Assembly: GCA_944388165.1 (NCBI GenBank) | Contig: CALXHS010000027.1 | Coordinates: forward strand, 7,957-71,956 | Source: an uncultured Gemmiger sp. | Lineage (GTDB): Bacteria > Bacillota > Clostridia > Oscillospirales > Ruminococcaceae | Length of the DNA: 64,000 bases | Direction of reading: 5' to 3' | Shown: positions 42,995 through 51,420 of the stretch, in pieces | Numbering within the stretch: the stretch's first letter is position 1 | Layout of the letters: each line of letters begins with the position of its first letter | Program-made: the position numbers and the translations under genes | Notes under the pieces: generated by a model | What the model was told of the DNA's origin: nothing | The model's database searches: none | Seen by the model: only the letters and a program-made list of their open reading frames with translations

Positions 42995-43563
42995 CCGGCT
43001 GGGACCTGCCCCGCAGCGTGCGGGTAGGGGGGCGGGACTGGGCGGTGCATGCGGATTTCCGGGACGTGCTGGATGTCATCGGCTGGCTGGACGGGGCCCA
43101 AGGGGAGACCCTGCTGCCCGAAGAACGCTGGTATGTGGCCCTGGCCCTGTTTTACCGGGATTTCCCCCAAATGCCCGAGACCTGCCGCCCCGAAGCTGCC
43201 CGAAAGCTGGCGGAATTCATCGCCGGGGGACGGGCGGAAAGCGGCCCGGCGGGGCCCCGGCTGCTGGACTGGCAGCGGGACGCGCCCCTCATTGCGGCGG
43301 GGGTGAACCGGGCCGCCGGGTGCGAGGTGCGGGCTTTGCCCTTTGTGCACTGGTGGAGCTTTCTGGGGTGGTTTTCCGCCATCGGGGAAGGCCCCCTGGC
43401 CACGGTGGTGGCCATCCGGGACAAGCTGCGCCGGGGCAAAAAGCTGGAACCCTGGGAACTGAGTTACTACCGTGCCCACCGGGACCAGGTAGATCTGCGC
43501 CCCGCCCGCAGCGCCGCCGAACAGGCGGAACACGACCGTCTGCTGGCCCTGGTGGGCGGCTGA
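42991..43563 (+). CDS. Bacteriophage Gp15-family protein (second tail chaperone-like)
   Basis: 190 aa. ATGA overlap with the preceding gene. RDWAVHADFRDVLDVIGWL...ERWYVALALFY...WWSFLGWF resembles the Gp15 family found upstream of tape-measure genes. Confidence 0.6.
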   Translation: MTGWDLPRSVRVGGRDWAVHADFRDVLDVIGWLDGAQGETLLPEERWYVALALFYRDFPQMPETCRPEAARKLAEFIAGGRAESGPAGPRLLDWQRDAPLIAAGVNRAAGCEVRALPFVHWWSFLGWFSAIGEGPLATVVAIRDKLRRGKKLEPWELSYYRAHRDQVDLRPARSAAEQAEHDRLLALVGG

Positions 43564-43578
43564 GAGAGGGGGAACGAT

Positions 43579-45405
43579 TTGGCAAGAACCATTGTATTTG
43601 ATGAGACCATGGACGGGATGCAGCAGCGGGTGGGCACCCTGCAGGACAGCCTGCAGGGGCTGGACGCCGCCCTGCGCACCGCCGAGACCGGCGCCCGCCG
43701 TGCCGCTGCCACCACCCAGGGATTGCGGGCGGCCTTTGTGCACGCAGCGGCCCCGCTGACCGACACCCTGAACCCGGCTCTGACCGAACTGAACAGCCTG
43801 ACCGGGGCCCTGGGCGGCCGCAGCGGCGCCGTCAAAGCCGCCGCCGGTCTGGACCAGGTGGAACAGGCGGCATCCTCGGCGGTCAAAAGCACCGCCAAAG
43901 CGGTGCGCACCCTGGCGGGCTTTGACGAGATCATCCGCCTGGGGGCGGCTTCGTCCTCGTCCAAAAAGAGCGGCTCCGGGTCCTCCGGCAGCAAGAAGGA
44001 CAGCGGCAAGGAGACGGAACAGGCGGTGAGCAGCGCCCGCGGCGTGCTGGATACCCTGAAAGGGGCACTGGATGCCTTCTGGGCTTATCTGCGGTCCTAT
44101 TACGCCCCGGCGATCCTTTCCTGGAGCGCCGCCTGGAACCGCATGAGGGAAGCTGCCCTGGCCGCCTGGGGGCCGGTGAGCGAAGCCGCCCGGGAACTGT
44201 GGCAAGGCACCCTGGTGCCCCTGGGCAATTACTTGCTTACCGAATTCCTGCCCGGGCTGGTGAACAGCTTTTCCCTGGCTTTGTGGCCGGTGGTGGGCGG
44301 TCTGGGGGCTGCCGCCGTCACTGCCCTGGGCAACGCCTTCGTGTGGCTGGCTGATGTGGCGGGCCAGGCGGTGGACGGGGTCATCCGCCCGGCGCTGGAA
44401 AGCGTCCAGACCGTCTGGTACGCCATGATGCAGGCGGTCTACAACGCCTGGCAGGCCTACGGCCAGCCCATCTATGCGGGCATCATCGCGGCGGCGGACA
44501 ACCTGTGCGGCGTTCTGAACAACCTGTGGACCGGGACTCTGCTGCCCATCCTGCAGGGGGTTCTGCAGCAGGTGAGCGCCCTGTGGCAGGAGTGTCTGGT
44601 GCCCCTGTTCGCCGACTTTACCATGTATCTGGGCTCCGCGGCCACCTTGCTGCTGAACCTGTGGAACGAAGTGCTGGCCCCGCTGCTCCAATGGCTGACG
44701 GCGGCGTTCGGCCCGGTGGTCACCCAGGTGTGCCTGGCCATCAGCGGCGCGGTGACCACCGCCGTGGGGGTGATCGCAGGGCTGATGAGCACCTTGCTCA
44801 CCGCCATGCAGGGGATGGCGGATTTCCTGTCCGACGTGCTGTGCGGCCGCTGGGAGGATGCCTGGAACGGCATGGCCGACACCGCCGCCCGGGTGTGGGA
44901 GCGCATCACCGGCACCATCCAGACGGCCATTTCCGGGCTGCAGGAGCTGGTGGGCGGGTTTGTTTCCGGCATTGTGGAGGCCGCCCAGACCGCCCTGAAC
45001 GCCCTGGGACAGCTGGGCGGAACCGCGGTCAGCGGGAAGGTTCCTTCCTCCTACTATGGGCAGAGCCGAACCTTCAGCGTCATGCCCTCGCTGCCCCAGG
45101 GGGCGCTGCAGGTGCCCGCCCTGGCACGGGGTGCGGTCATTCCGCCCAACCGGGAATTCCTGGCGGTGCTGGGCGACCAGAAACACGGTAGCAATGTGGA
45201 AGCCCCCCTGGCCACCATCCAGCAGGCGGTGGCGGAGACCATGCAGGATATGGCCGAAGGCGAACAGGCCGCCTTGAACCAGGTCAGCGCATTGCTGCGG
45301 GAGATCCTGGGGGCGGTGTACGGCATCCGGGTGGGGGACGAGGTCATCGGCCGGGCCGCCCAGCGCTACCAGACCCGGCAGTCCGTGATCACGGGAGGTT
45401 ACTGA
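43579..45405 (+). CDS. Tail tape measure protein
   Basis: 608 aa. Ala/Leu/Gly-rich helical sequence with hydrophobic central segments. Canonical position. TTG start after GAGAGGGGGAA. Confidence 0.8.
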   Translation: MARTIVFDETMDGMQQRVGTLQDSLQGLDAALRTAETGARRAAATTQGLRAAFVHAAAPLTDTLNPALTELNSLTGALGGRSGAVKAAAGLDQVEQAASSAVKSTAKAVRTLAGFDEIIRLGAASSSSKKSGSGSSGSKKDSGKETEQAVSSARGVLDTLKGALDAFWAYLRSYYAPAILSWSAAWNRMREAALAAWGPVSEAARELWQGTLVPLGNYLLTEFLPGLVNSFSLALWPVVGGLGAAAVTALGNAFVWLADVAGQAVDGVIRPALESVQTVWYAMMQAVYNAWQAYGQPIYAGIIAAADNLCGVLNNLWTGTLLPILQGVLQQVSALWQECLVPLFADFTMYLGSAATLLLNLWNEVLAPLLQWLTAAFGPVVTQVCLAISGAVTTAVGVIAGLMSTLLTAMQGMADFLSDVLCGRWEDAWNGMADTAARVWERITGTIQTAISGLQELVGGFVSGIVEAAQTALNALGQLGGTAVSGKVPSSYYGQSRTFSVMPSLPQGALQVPALARGAVIPPNREFLAVLGDQKHGSNVEAPLATIQQAVAETMQDMAEGEQAALNQVSALLREILGAVYGIRVGDEVIGRAAQRYQTRQSVITGGY

Positions 45406-45406
45406 T

Positions 45407-45781
45407 ATGCGCAGCAAAGTGGATTTTTATCAGGTGGACGGCCTGCCCATGCCTGCCCCCGACGCCGAACCGGAATTCAGCTTTTCCGACCTGGACGCCA
45501 GCGATTCCGGCCGGGATGAGAGCGGCGTCATGCACCGAATCCTGGTGCGGGAAAAGGTGGGGACCTGGAGTTTTACCTATTCCCACCTCACCGACGAAGA
45601 ACTGGCCTATCTGCGGGGGCTGTTTGCGGGCAAGGCCCAGTTCAGCTTTACCCACCCGGTATTTGGGGCCAGCGGCGCCACCGAGACCTGTACCGCCTAC
45701 ATGAGCCAGTACAGCGCCGTGTGGAAAAGCCAGCGCACCGGGCTGTGGCGGAATTTCAATTTCAAGATCATTCAGTGCTGA
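45407..45781 (+). CDS. Small distal-tail-like protein
   Basis: 124 aa, directly after the tape measure (1-nt gap). RBS GGGAGG. Call rests on position. Confidence 0.5.
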   Translation: MRSKVDFYQVDGLPMPAPDAEPEFSFSDLDASDSGRDESGVMHRILVREKVGTWSFTYSHLTDEELAYLRGLFAGKAQFSFTHPVFGASGATETCTAYMSQYSAVWKSQRTGLWRNFNFKIIQC

Positions 45782-45791
45782 GGAGGGGACC

Positions 45792-48587
45792 ATGCTGAAA
45801 CACAAGCTGCTGCTGGCGGACGGCACTGTCCTGACCAGCGGCGAAAGCACCGGCAGCGCCATCCGCAGCGTGACCCTGACCGAACAGGTCAACAGCGGGG
45901 ATGACCTGTGCCCCGGGGCGGCCTGCGCCGCCTGTGCCGAGATCGAACTGTGGGTGCCGGAAAACAGCCTGCCCATCGCCCAGGGGGAAACGCTGACCCT
46001 GGTGCGGGTGGATACCGCCGCCGGGACCGAGACCCCCGCCGGTGTCTTTCTGGCGGAAAAGCCCACCCGGACCAGCGCCAACGTCTGCACCATCACCGCC
46101 TATGACCGGATGACCCTGTTTGACCGGGACATGACCCAATGGCTGGAAGAAAAACAGGGGGATTTTCCACTGACACTGGCCCGTTTTGTGGAAAACCTCT
46201 GCGCTGCCTGCGGGGTAATGCCGGAACCGGGCACCCTGGATAGTCTGCCCAACGGCGGGTATGAGATCCGCCCCTTTACAGCGGACAGCATCACCGGGCG
46301 GCAGCTGCTGCAGTGGGCGGCCCAGGCGGCGGGTCGGTTTGCCCGCATGACGCCTTCGGGCAATCTGGAACTGGCCTGGTATCCGACGGAAGGCGGCATG
46401 CCGATGGTGGCTGCCCCGCAGGAAGGCATTGTCCCGGCGGGGGTGCGGCTTTCCGGTTCAGTGCTGCGCACGGCGGCAGGGCAGGTGTGGCGCATTACCC
46501 AAAAGACCGGGTATTACCTGCAGGACTCGCTGCGGTATGAGGATTACGACACCGCACCGGTGGACAAGGTGCAGCTCAAGCAGAGCGAGGCCGATGTGGG
46601 GGTGATCTGGCCCCCGGAGGAAACGGGGGACAACGCCCTGGTCATCAGCGGCAACCTGCTGTTGACCACCGACAGCGCCGCCCGTCTGGAACCGGTGGCC
46701 CAAACCCTGTTTGAGCAGATTTCCCGGGAAAGCTACACTCCCTTGCAGCTGACCCTGCCGTTTGACGAAGCCATCCGCCCAGGGACCCGCCTGGATGTGG
46801 TGGACCCCTATGGGCAGGTCCGTCACACCCTGGTGATGAAACGGACGGTGAGCGGCCAGACCATGCAGCTGGAAAGCACCGGCCATGCCCGGCGGGATTC
46901 TACCCTTGCGGTGAACCGGCAGTCCTACAAGGATCTGCAAGGCAAGGTGATGGAGATGCAGACCACCGTGGACGGCCTTTCCATCAACGTACAGCAGGAT
47001 TTCCCGGGCAACCGGCTGGAAAGCGTCAACTGGCGCAGCGGGCATTCCGGCAGCACGGCAGGGGGCAGCGTCGTCCTCAACGGCCGCCACGCCGTTTTGC
47101 AGGGGGACGGCACCGGCAGCTGCGGTGCGGTGGTGGAGATCCCGGATGAATTTCTGGACCTGATGCCCGGGGCGGACCTGGACTTTACGGTGCAGTACCG
47201 GGTCACAGCCCCCATCACCATTCTGGACCCGGAGGTGCTGGGAGCCTACATCCGGGCCTTTGCGGATTATGAGGAGGACGGCAGCCAGAAATACGTCTGG
47301 GCAGAACTGGTACGGATCGCGGATGGGGAAAATCCGGCAGCGGAATGCGGCTGGACCACGGTTTCCGCCCGGATGCGCGTACCCTCGGTGCCACTGAAGC
47401 GCATCTACCTGTTTGCCAACATCCAGTCGGGCACCGGCACCCTGGAGGTGGAGGAACCCGGGGCACAGATCACCTCCGCCAAAATCACCGCCCTGCGCCT
47501 GAGCGCCGGGGCGGCGGAACTGTCCAGCGCCCGCATCGCCCTCACCGGCATGGTGGAGTTTAACGACCTGGAAGAAAGCGGCCGCACCGTCATCAACGGC
47601 GGCAACATCACCACCGGCACCGTGCGCAGCAGCAACGGCGCTTTGACCATCGACCTGGACAACGCCGCCCTGGTAGCGGGCAATAATGCCGATCTGCGGG
47701 CGGGTTCGGCCACCAGTTACACCAAGTTCCTGTGGAACGGCTTCAACAGCTATACCGACGGGGAACTGCGTTCCGGCATCGAAAATAACTGGACCTGGTT
47801 CAACCGCACCCTGACGGCTCTGTTCTCCACCTCCGGCCTGACCGGCGTGGGGTACAAGAACGCCGCCGGACAGCTGCAGATGGGATATACCTATGACCCC
47901 TATTCCGACATTCAGAGCGGGTTCGTAAATTATCTGAATGGCGCCACGTATTGTGCGGGTACCAGCAAGGCTATTATTCAACGAGCCAGCTCTGAGCTGT
48001 ATCTGGAAAACAATGTGGGCGGCAGCAATGACTCGTTCCTCATCGCACAGGGGGACGCTACCCGTCTTTACGGAACGGGGTTTTACGTGCAGGGGGATAT
48101 TTCTTGCGGAGGAGCCAAGAACCGGATCGTGGGAACCAACTTTTACGGAAAGCGCGCTCTCAATGCAATGGAAAGCCCGACACCCTTGTTTTGCGACAGC
48201 GGCAGCGGCCGTCTGGACGATACCGGCCTCTGCATGCTGACCATCCATCCGATACTGGAAGAATGCCTGGACCCTTATGCCCGGCCGCAGTGGCTGGTCT
48301 CCGGGGCGGCACCGGGCTTCTGGGTGGAAAAGAAGGACAGGGCAGTGCTGGTCCACGGCCCGGCCGGAGCGGATTTTGACTGGATCCTGCTGGCGCCGCA
48401 GCGGGGATATGCCGACTGTTATGCCGATCCTGTACCCGACTTGCCGTATATCCCCGATGGTGAGGGGAACGCGGAGCTGGACATGGTGGCAGAGCTGTCT
48501 GTCCGCCGCACCCGGGAATTGGATGGCCTGACCGACGCAGTGGCAGCTGAATGGGCACAACTGGAAGAAATGGAGGAATCTGCATGA
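45792..48587 (+). CDS. Large tail tip / host-specificity protein
   Basis: 931 aa. Position after the tape measure and distal-tail genes. RBS GAGGAGGGG. Confidence 0.65.
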   Translation: MLKHKLLLADGTVLTSGESTGSAIRSVTLTEQVNSGDDLCPGAACAACAEIELWVPENSLPIAQGETLTLVRVDTAAGTETPAGVFLAEKPTRTSANVCTITAYDRMTLFDRDMTQWLEEKQGDFPLTLARFVENLCAACGVMPEPGTLDSLPNGGYEIRPFTADSITGRQLLQWAAQAAGRFARMTPSGNLELAWYPTEGGMPMVAAPQEGIVPAGVRLSGSVLRTAAGQVWRITQKTGYYLQDSLRYEDYDTAPVDKVQLKQSEADVGVIWPPEETGDNALVISGNLLLTTDSAARLEPVAQTLFEQISRESYTPLQLTLPFDEAIRPGTRLDVVDPYGQVRHTLVMKRTVSGQTMQLESTGHARRDSTLAVNRQSYKDLQGKVMEMQTTVDGLSINVQQDFPGNRLESVNWRSGHSGSTAGGSVVLNGRHAVLQGDGTGSCGAVVEIPDEFLDLMPGADLDFTVQYRVTAPITILDPEVLGAYIRAFADYEEDGSQKYVWAELVRIADGENPAAECGWTTVSARMRVPSVPLKRIYLFANIQSGTGTLEVEEPGAQITSAKITALRLSAGAAELSSARIALTGMVEFNDLEESGRTVINGGNITTGTVRSSNGALTIDLDNAALVAGNNADLRAGSATSYTKFLWNGFNSYTDGELRSGIENNWTWFNRTLTALFSTSGLTGVGYKNAAGQLQMGYTYDPYSDIQSGFVNYLNGATYCAGTSKAIIQRASSELYLENNVGGSNDSFLIAQGDATRLYGTGFYVQGDISCGGAKNRIVGTNFYGKRALNAMESPTPLFCDSGSGRLDDTGLCMLTIHPILEECLDPYARPQWLVSGAAPGFWVEKKDRAVLVHGPAGADFDWILLAPQRGYADCYADPVPDLPYIPDGEGNAELDMVAELSVRRTRELDGLTDAVAAEWAQLEEMEESA

Positions 48588-48784
48588 AGAAACTGACGGC
48601 ATTTACCGTGCACACCACCGCCGAAGGCAAACGCTGTGCCTATATGTACAGCGTCATCGACGCCGACGGCAACATCACCGAGAGCAACCGCCGCGCCAAC
48701 TGCGTGCTGCTGGACGAGACCGCCCTGGCGGCGGTGGCGCAGCTGGAAGGCTTTCTGGCCGACCGCCTGGCAGCGGAAGAATAA
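48584..48784 (+). CDS. Small phage protein (66 aa)
   Basis: ATGA overlap with the preceding stop. RBS GGAGGAA. MKKLTAFTVHTTAEGKRCAYMYSVIDADGNITESN... Confidence 0.5.
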   Translation: MKKLTAFTVHTTAEGKRCAYMYSVIDADGNITESNRRANCVLLDETALAAVAQLEGFLADRLAAEE

Positions 48785-48805
48785 CGGCCGGGAAAGGAGC
48801 GGAGC

Positions 48806-49666
48806 ATGGCAGAAACGCAGACCTATTACGACAGCACCCTTACCGGTGAAGAACTGGATGCGGCCCTGAAAAAGCTGCCCCAGGTGGACCAGGCTGTGGA
48901 ACAGTCGGCCCAAAACGCTCTGCTGGCCAAAAGCTGGGCGGAAGGCGGCACCGACCTGCGGGCGGATGAGGAGATCCACAACGCCAGATACTGGTGTTCC
49001 CAGGCCCAGACCATCACCCAGGGGGCCCTGGGCTGGTACGCGGACGCAAACCAGCTGCGGGCGGCCTGTCCCCAGGGCAGCAACGGTCAGTGGGCTATTG
49101 TAGGCACCACCGATACCATCTGGACCTGGGACAGCGATACCGCTGCCTGGGTGGATACCGGGGCACAGATCGACCTGTCCAACTATTACACCAAGCCCCA
49201 GGCTGAAGCACGGTTCCAGATGCCGGTGGGATATATCTTCGACTGGGCACCGGTGGAAGGGCAGGACATTGATTTGTCCACGCCGGAAAAGGTGGCGGCA
49301 CACTTCGGTTACGGTATCTGGAAGGAACTGAACGGGGTGTTTACCTTTGCCCGCGATGAGAACCATGAGGCAGGCAGTGTCGGCGGCGAGGAGACCCATG
49401 CGCTGACTGTGGAAGAACTGGCGGCTCACGGGCATACGGGAATGGAGCACCAGGCAGGCAAGTTTATGACATTCTCCGGCTCGGCTGGAGAATACAGCAA
49501 TGTTTCCCGGGTGAACGTGCAAGGGGCAGAAAAGGGAACCGGCACAGCTACATGGCAATGGGTCAGTATGCGCTGGACAGATACGATCGAGAATACCGGC
49601 GCCGACCAGCCTCATAACAACATGCCGCCTTATCTGGCGGTATACAAATGGCAGCGCATTGCCTGA
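48806..49666 (+). CDS. Tail fibre protein with C-terminal phage tail-collar (MdpB-like) domain
   Basis: C-terminal motifs GGEETHALTVEELAAHGH and QPHNNMPPYLAVYKWQR are characteristic of the tail-collar domain. Confidence 0.75.
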   Translation: MAETQTYYDSTLTGEELDAALKKLPQVDQAVEQSAQNALLAKSWAEGGTDLRADEEIHNARYWCSQAQTITQGALGWYADANQLRAACPQGSNGQWAIVGTTDTIWTWDSDTAAWVDTGAQIDLSNYYTKPQAEARFQMPVGYIFDWAPVEGQDIDLSTPEKVAAHFGYGIWKELNGVFTFARDENHEAGSVGGEETHALTVEELAAHGHTGMEHQAGKFMTFSGSAGEYSNVSRVNVQGAEKGTGTATWQWVSMRWTDTIENTGADQPHNNMPPYLAVYKWQRIA

Positions 49667-49678
49667 GGAGGAAACAAT

Positions 49679-50341
49679 ATGAGATTGCAGAACGGAGAGG
49701 TACTTCTGTGTTGGCCGCTGGCGCTGCATGTGCTTACGGCGGGGTACTTTTACAGCGACGGCAGCCGGCACGAAGCCATCGACCTGCGTACCAACCAGGG
49801 AGGCAGCGTCGTCAAGCCGGTATATGCGGCGGAGGACGGCACCGTGGACTGGACCCAGGAATGGGACGGCCATACCAAGACGGGCATGCAGAGCTACGGC
49901 ACGGCGCTGCTGCTTCGCCACCAGGAATATGGGGGCGTGGCCCTGCAGACCCGCTACGCGCATCTCTCCCGGTTGTGTGTGGCCAAGGGCGATGCCGTGA
50001 AAGAAGGCCAGCTCATTGGTTATACCGGGGAAACAGGGAACGTGTCCGGCGCGCACCTGCATTTTGAGGTGCTGCTGGGCGGTACCCGCCGCAACCCGCT
50101 GGTATGGCTGGATGATGACTTCACCACCGCCAACAGCGGCGTCTATACCTACCAGCCCGGGGAATGCGCTGTGGTGCGCCCGGCGGAAGAACTGCCGGAC
50201 GGAGATGCCCGCCTGCAGACCATTACCATCGGCCCTGTGAGCCAGGGGGACGCTGATGCCATCCTGGCCCTGTGCAAAGAGCGGGAACTGGACAAGCTGG
50301 GGCTGTACCGCTCGGCCTGGGCGGATGAGACTGCGGGGTGA
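49679..50341 (+). CDS. M23-family metallopeptidase (probable endolysin)
   Basis: HxxxD (SRHEAIDL) and HxH (GAHLHFEV) zinc motifs. 220 aa with an extra C-terminal domain. RBS GAGGAGGAA. Confidence 0.8.
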   Translation: MRLQNGEVLLCWPLALHVLTAGYFYSDGSRHEAIDLRTNQGGSVVKPVYAAEDGTVDWTQEWDGHTKTGMQSYGTALLLRHQEYGGVALQTRYAHLSRLCVAKGDAVKEGQLIGYTGETGNVSGAHLHFEVLLGGTRRNPLVWLDDDFTTANSGVYTYQPGECAVVRPAEELPDGDARLQTITIGPVSQGDADAILALCKERELDKLGLYRSAWADETAG

Positions 50342-50658
50342 TGGCGGTGGAAACATGGCCGGAGATCCTGACGGCGGTGCTGCCGCTGCTTACGGCCTTC
50401 TGCGGCTGGGCGGCTGCCCGGCTGACCCGCAGCCGCAAGGAGGAAAAGGCTTTGCGGGACGGGGTCAAAGGGCTGCTGCGGGCCAAGGTCATCGACCTGG
50501 GGCTGCACTACATTGATGAACAGGCGGTGCCGCCCTATGGGGTGGAGACCTTGCGCAGCTGCTACGACCCGTATATGGACCTGGGGGACGGTGATCCTTC
50601 GGTGACCCATATCATGAAAAAATGCGAAAGCCTGCCGGTGCGTTCCGGCAGCGATTGA
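50341..50658 (+). CDS. Membrane-anchored phage protein (N-terminal TM; lysis accessory?)
   Basis: ATG 50341 overlaps the M23 stop (TGATG). N-terminal helix WPEILTAVLPLLTAFCGWAAA. 105 aa. Confidence 0.5.
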   Translation: MAVETWPEILTAVLPLLTAFCGWAAARLTRSRKEEKALRDGVKGLLRAKVIDLGLHYIDEQAVPPYGVETLRSCYDPYMDLGDGDPSVTHIMKKCESLPVRSGSD

Positions 50659-50671
50659 AAGGAAAACGTAC

Positions 50672-50860
50672 ATGGAAGAATTCTGGCAGAATCTGGCGGC
50701 CCTGCTCAAGGTGAAAACCATTGTGACCCTGGTGGTCATCGCGGTGTTTGCGGTGCTGGCCCTTACGGGACAGTTGCAGCCGGATACCGTTATGACCATT
50801 GTCACCATGGTGGTGGCGTTCTATTTTGGTACCCAGAACGGCCGGCAGAGGAAGGTGTGA
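50672..50860 (+). CDS. Holin-like small membrane protein
   Basis: 62 aa with two hydrophobic helices and a charged C-terminus (QNGRQRKV). Last gene before the terminator. Confidence 0.6.
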   Translation: MEEFWQNLAALLKVKTIVTLVVIAVFAVLALTGQLQPDTVMTIVTMVVAFYFGTQNGRQRKV

Positions 50861-50861
50861 G

Positions 50862-50897
50862 AAAAGCGGAGAGCCCGGACGGGCTCTCCGCTTTTGG
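50862..50897 (+). terminator. Rho-independent terminator (right boundary of the phage-like cluster)
   Basis: AAAGCGGAGAGCCC-ggac-GGGCTCTCCGCTTT followed by TGG. Confidence 0.7.
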
Positions 50898-51065
50898 TCG
50901 GCAGTGACATGATTGTGGAAGATGGTAAGGTTGCACAAGAATCCGGGTGGGATTTCTCATAGGGAAAAGAGGAAGCCCTCTTGACGGTACCGGGGCGGAT
51001 TGGGTATCATAAGGCAAGAGGAAACAGGCCGCGCTGCGGCTAAAAGAATGGGGGATTACTGCAAG

Positions 51066-51302
51066 ATGACCAAGCAGGAACTGAAAGAGATCCTGGCGGA
51101 ACAGTTCAGCTGCGATGAAAGCGAACTGACCCCCGCCACCACCTTGGCAGAACTGGGAGCCGACCACGAAGATTTGATCGAACTGGCCTGGCAGCTGGGC
51201 GAAGCCATCGGCACCGAAGTGGATGAGGGCCGCCTGGCAGAGGTGGAGACCCTGGAGGAACTTTGGAAGCTGGCCAGGGAACTGGAAGAAGAAATGGAAT
51301 AA
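51066..51302 (+). CDS. Acyl-carrier-protein-like protein with His in place of the phosphopantetheine Ser
   Basis: MTKQELKEILAEQFSCDESELTPATTLAELGADHEDLIELAWQLGEAIG aligns with the ACP helix-II motif LGxDSLDxVEL, but the Ser codon is CAC (His). Alternative upstream starts at 51000 and 51048. Confidence 0.55.
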   Translation: MTKQELKEILAEQFSCDESELTPATTLAELGADHEDLIELAWQLGEAIGTEVDEGRLAEVETLEELWKLARELEEEME

Positions 51303-51330
51303 AGTTCTGCCGCGCGGGCAAATCAATAGC

Positions 51331-51373
51331 AAAAAAGCCGTTCCCCGATATGGTTGGGGGACGGCTTTTTTTG
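51331..51373. terminator. Bidirectional terminator
   Basis: AAAAAAGCCGTTCCCC-loop-GGGGACGGCTTTTTTT. Confidence 0.8.
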
Positions 51374-51420
51374 GGTAAGGTCATGTCTCAAAGGGAATGC
51401 AGGTAGGAAAAGCTATGTAG

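Larger units (their letters stand above)
36254..50897 (+). mobile_element. Phage-derived head-tail-lysis gene cluster (about 14.6 kb) lacking integration, lysogeny and replication modules: defective prophage or gene-transfer-agent-like element
   Basis: 20 co-directional, tightly packed ORFs in canonical siphovirus order: regulator, TerS fragment, TerL, portal, MCP, connectors, major tail protein, chaperones, tape measure, tail tip, fibre, lysin, holin. Bounded by terminators at 36187-36221 and 50862-50897. No integrase, repressor or replication ORFs, and no flanking direct repeats seen. Confidence 0.8.

Noticed and set aside
42631-45417. 928-aa reverse-strand ORF across the tail chaperone and tape-measure genes. 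The same applies to 46458..48602, 48419..50356, 33722..36181, 17364..19196, 10370..11962, 31299..32330 and 38280..39728 on the reverse strand.
   Set aside because: All run antisense to genes with clear family motifs and RBSs. Their products are compositionally biased (G/A/P/R/H/Q) with no recognisable motifs. I treat them as GC-driven open frames.
36170-51065. attL/attR direct repeats, a tRNA integration target or an integrase gene flanking the phage-like cluster
   Set aside because: Comparing 36170-36335 with 50861-51065 by eye found no shared repeat of 10 bp or more. There is no tRNA-like sequence and no recombinase ORF. This absence is used as evidence in the main finding, but it rests on visual inspection only.
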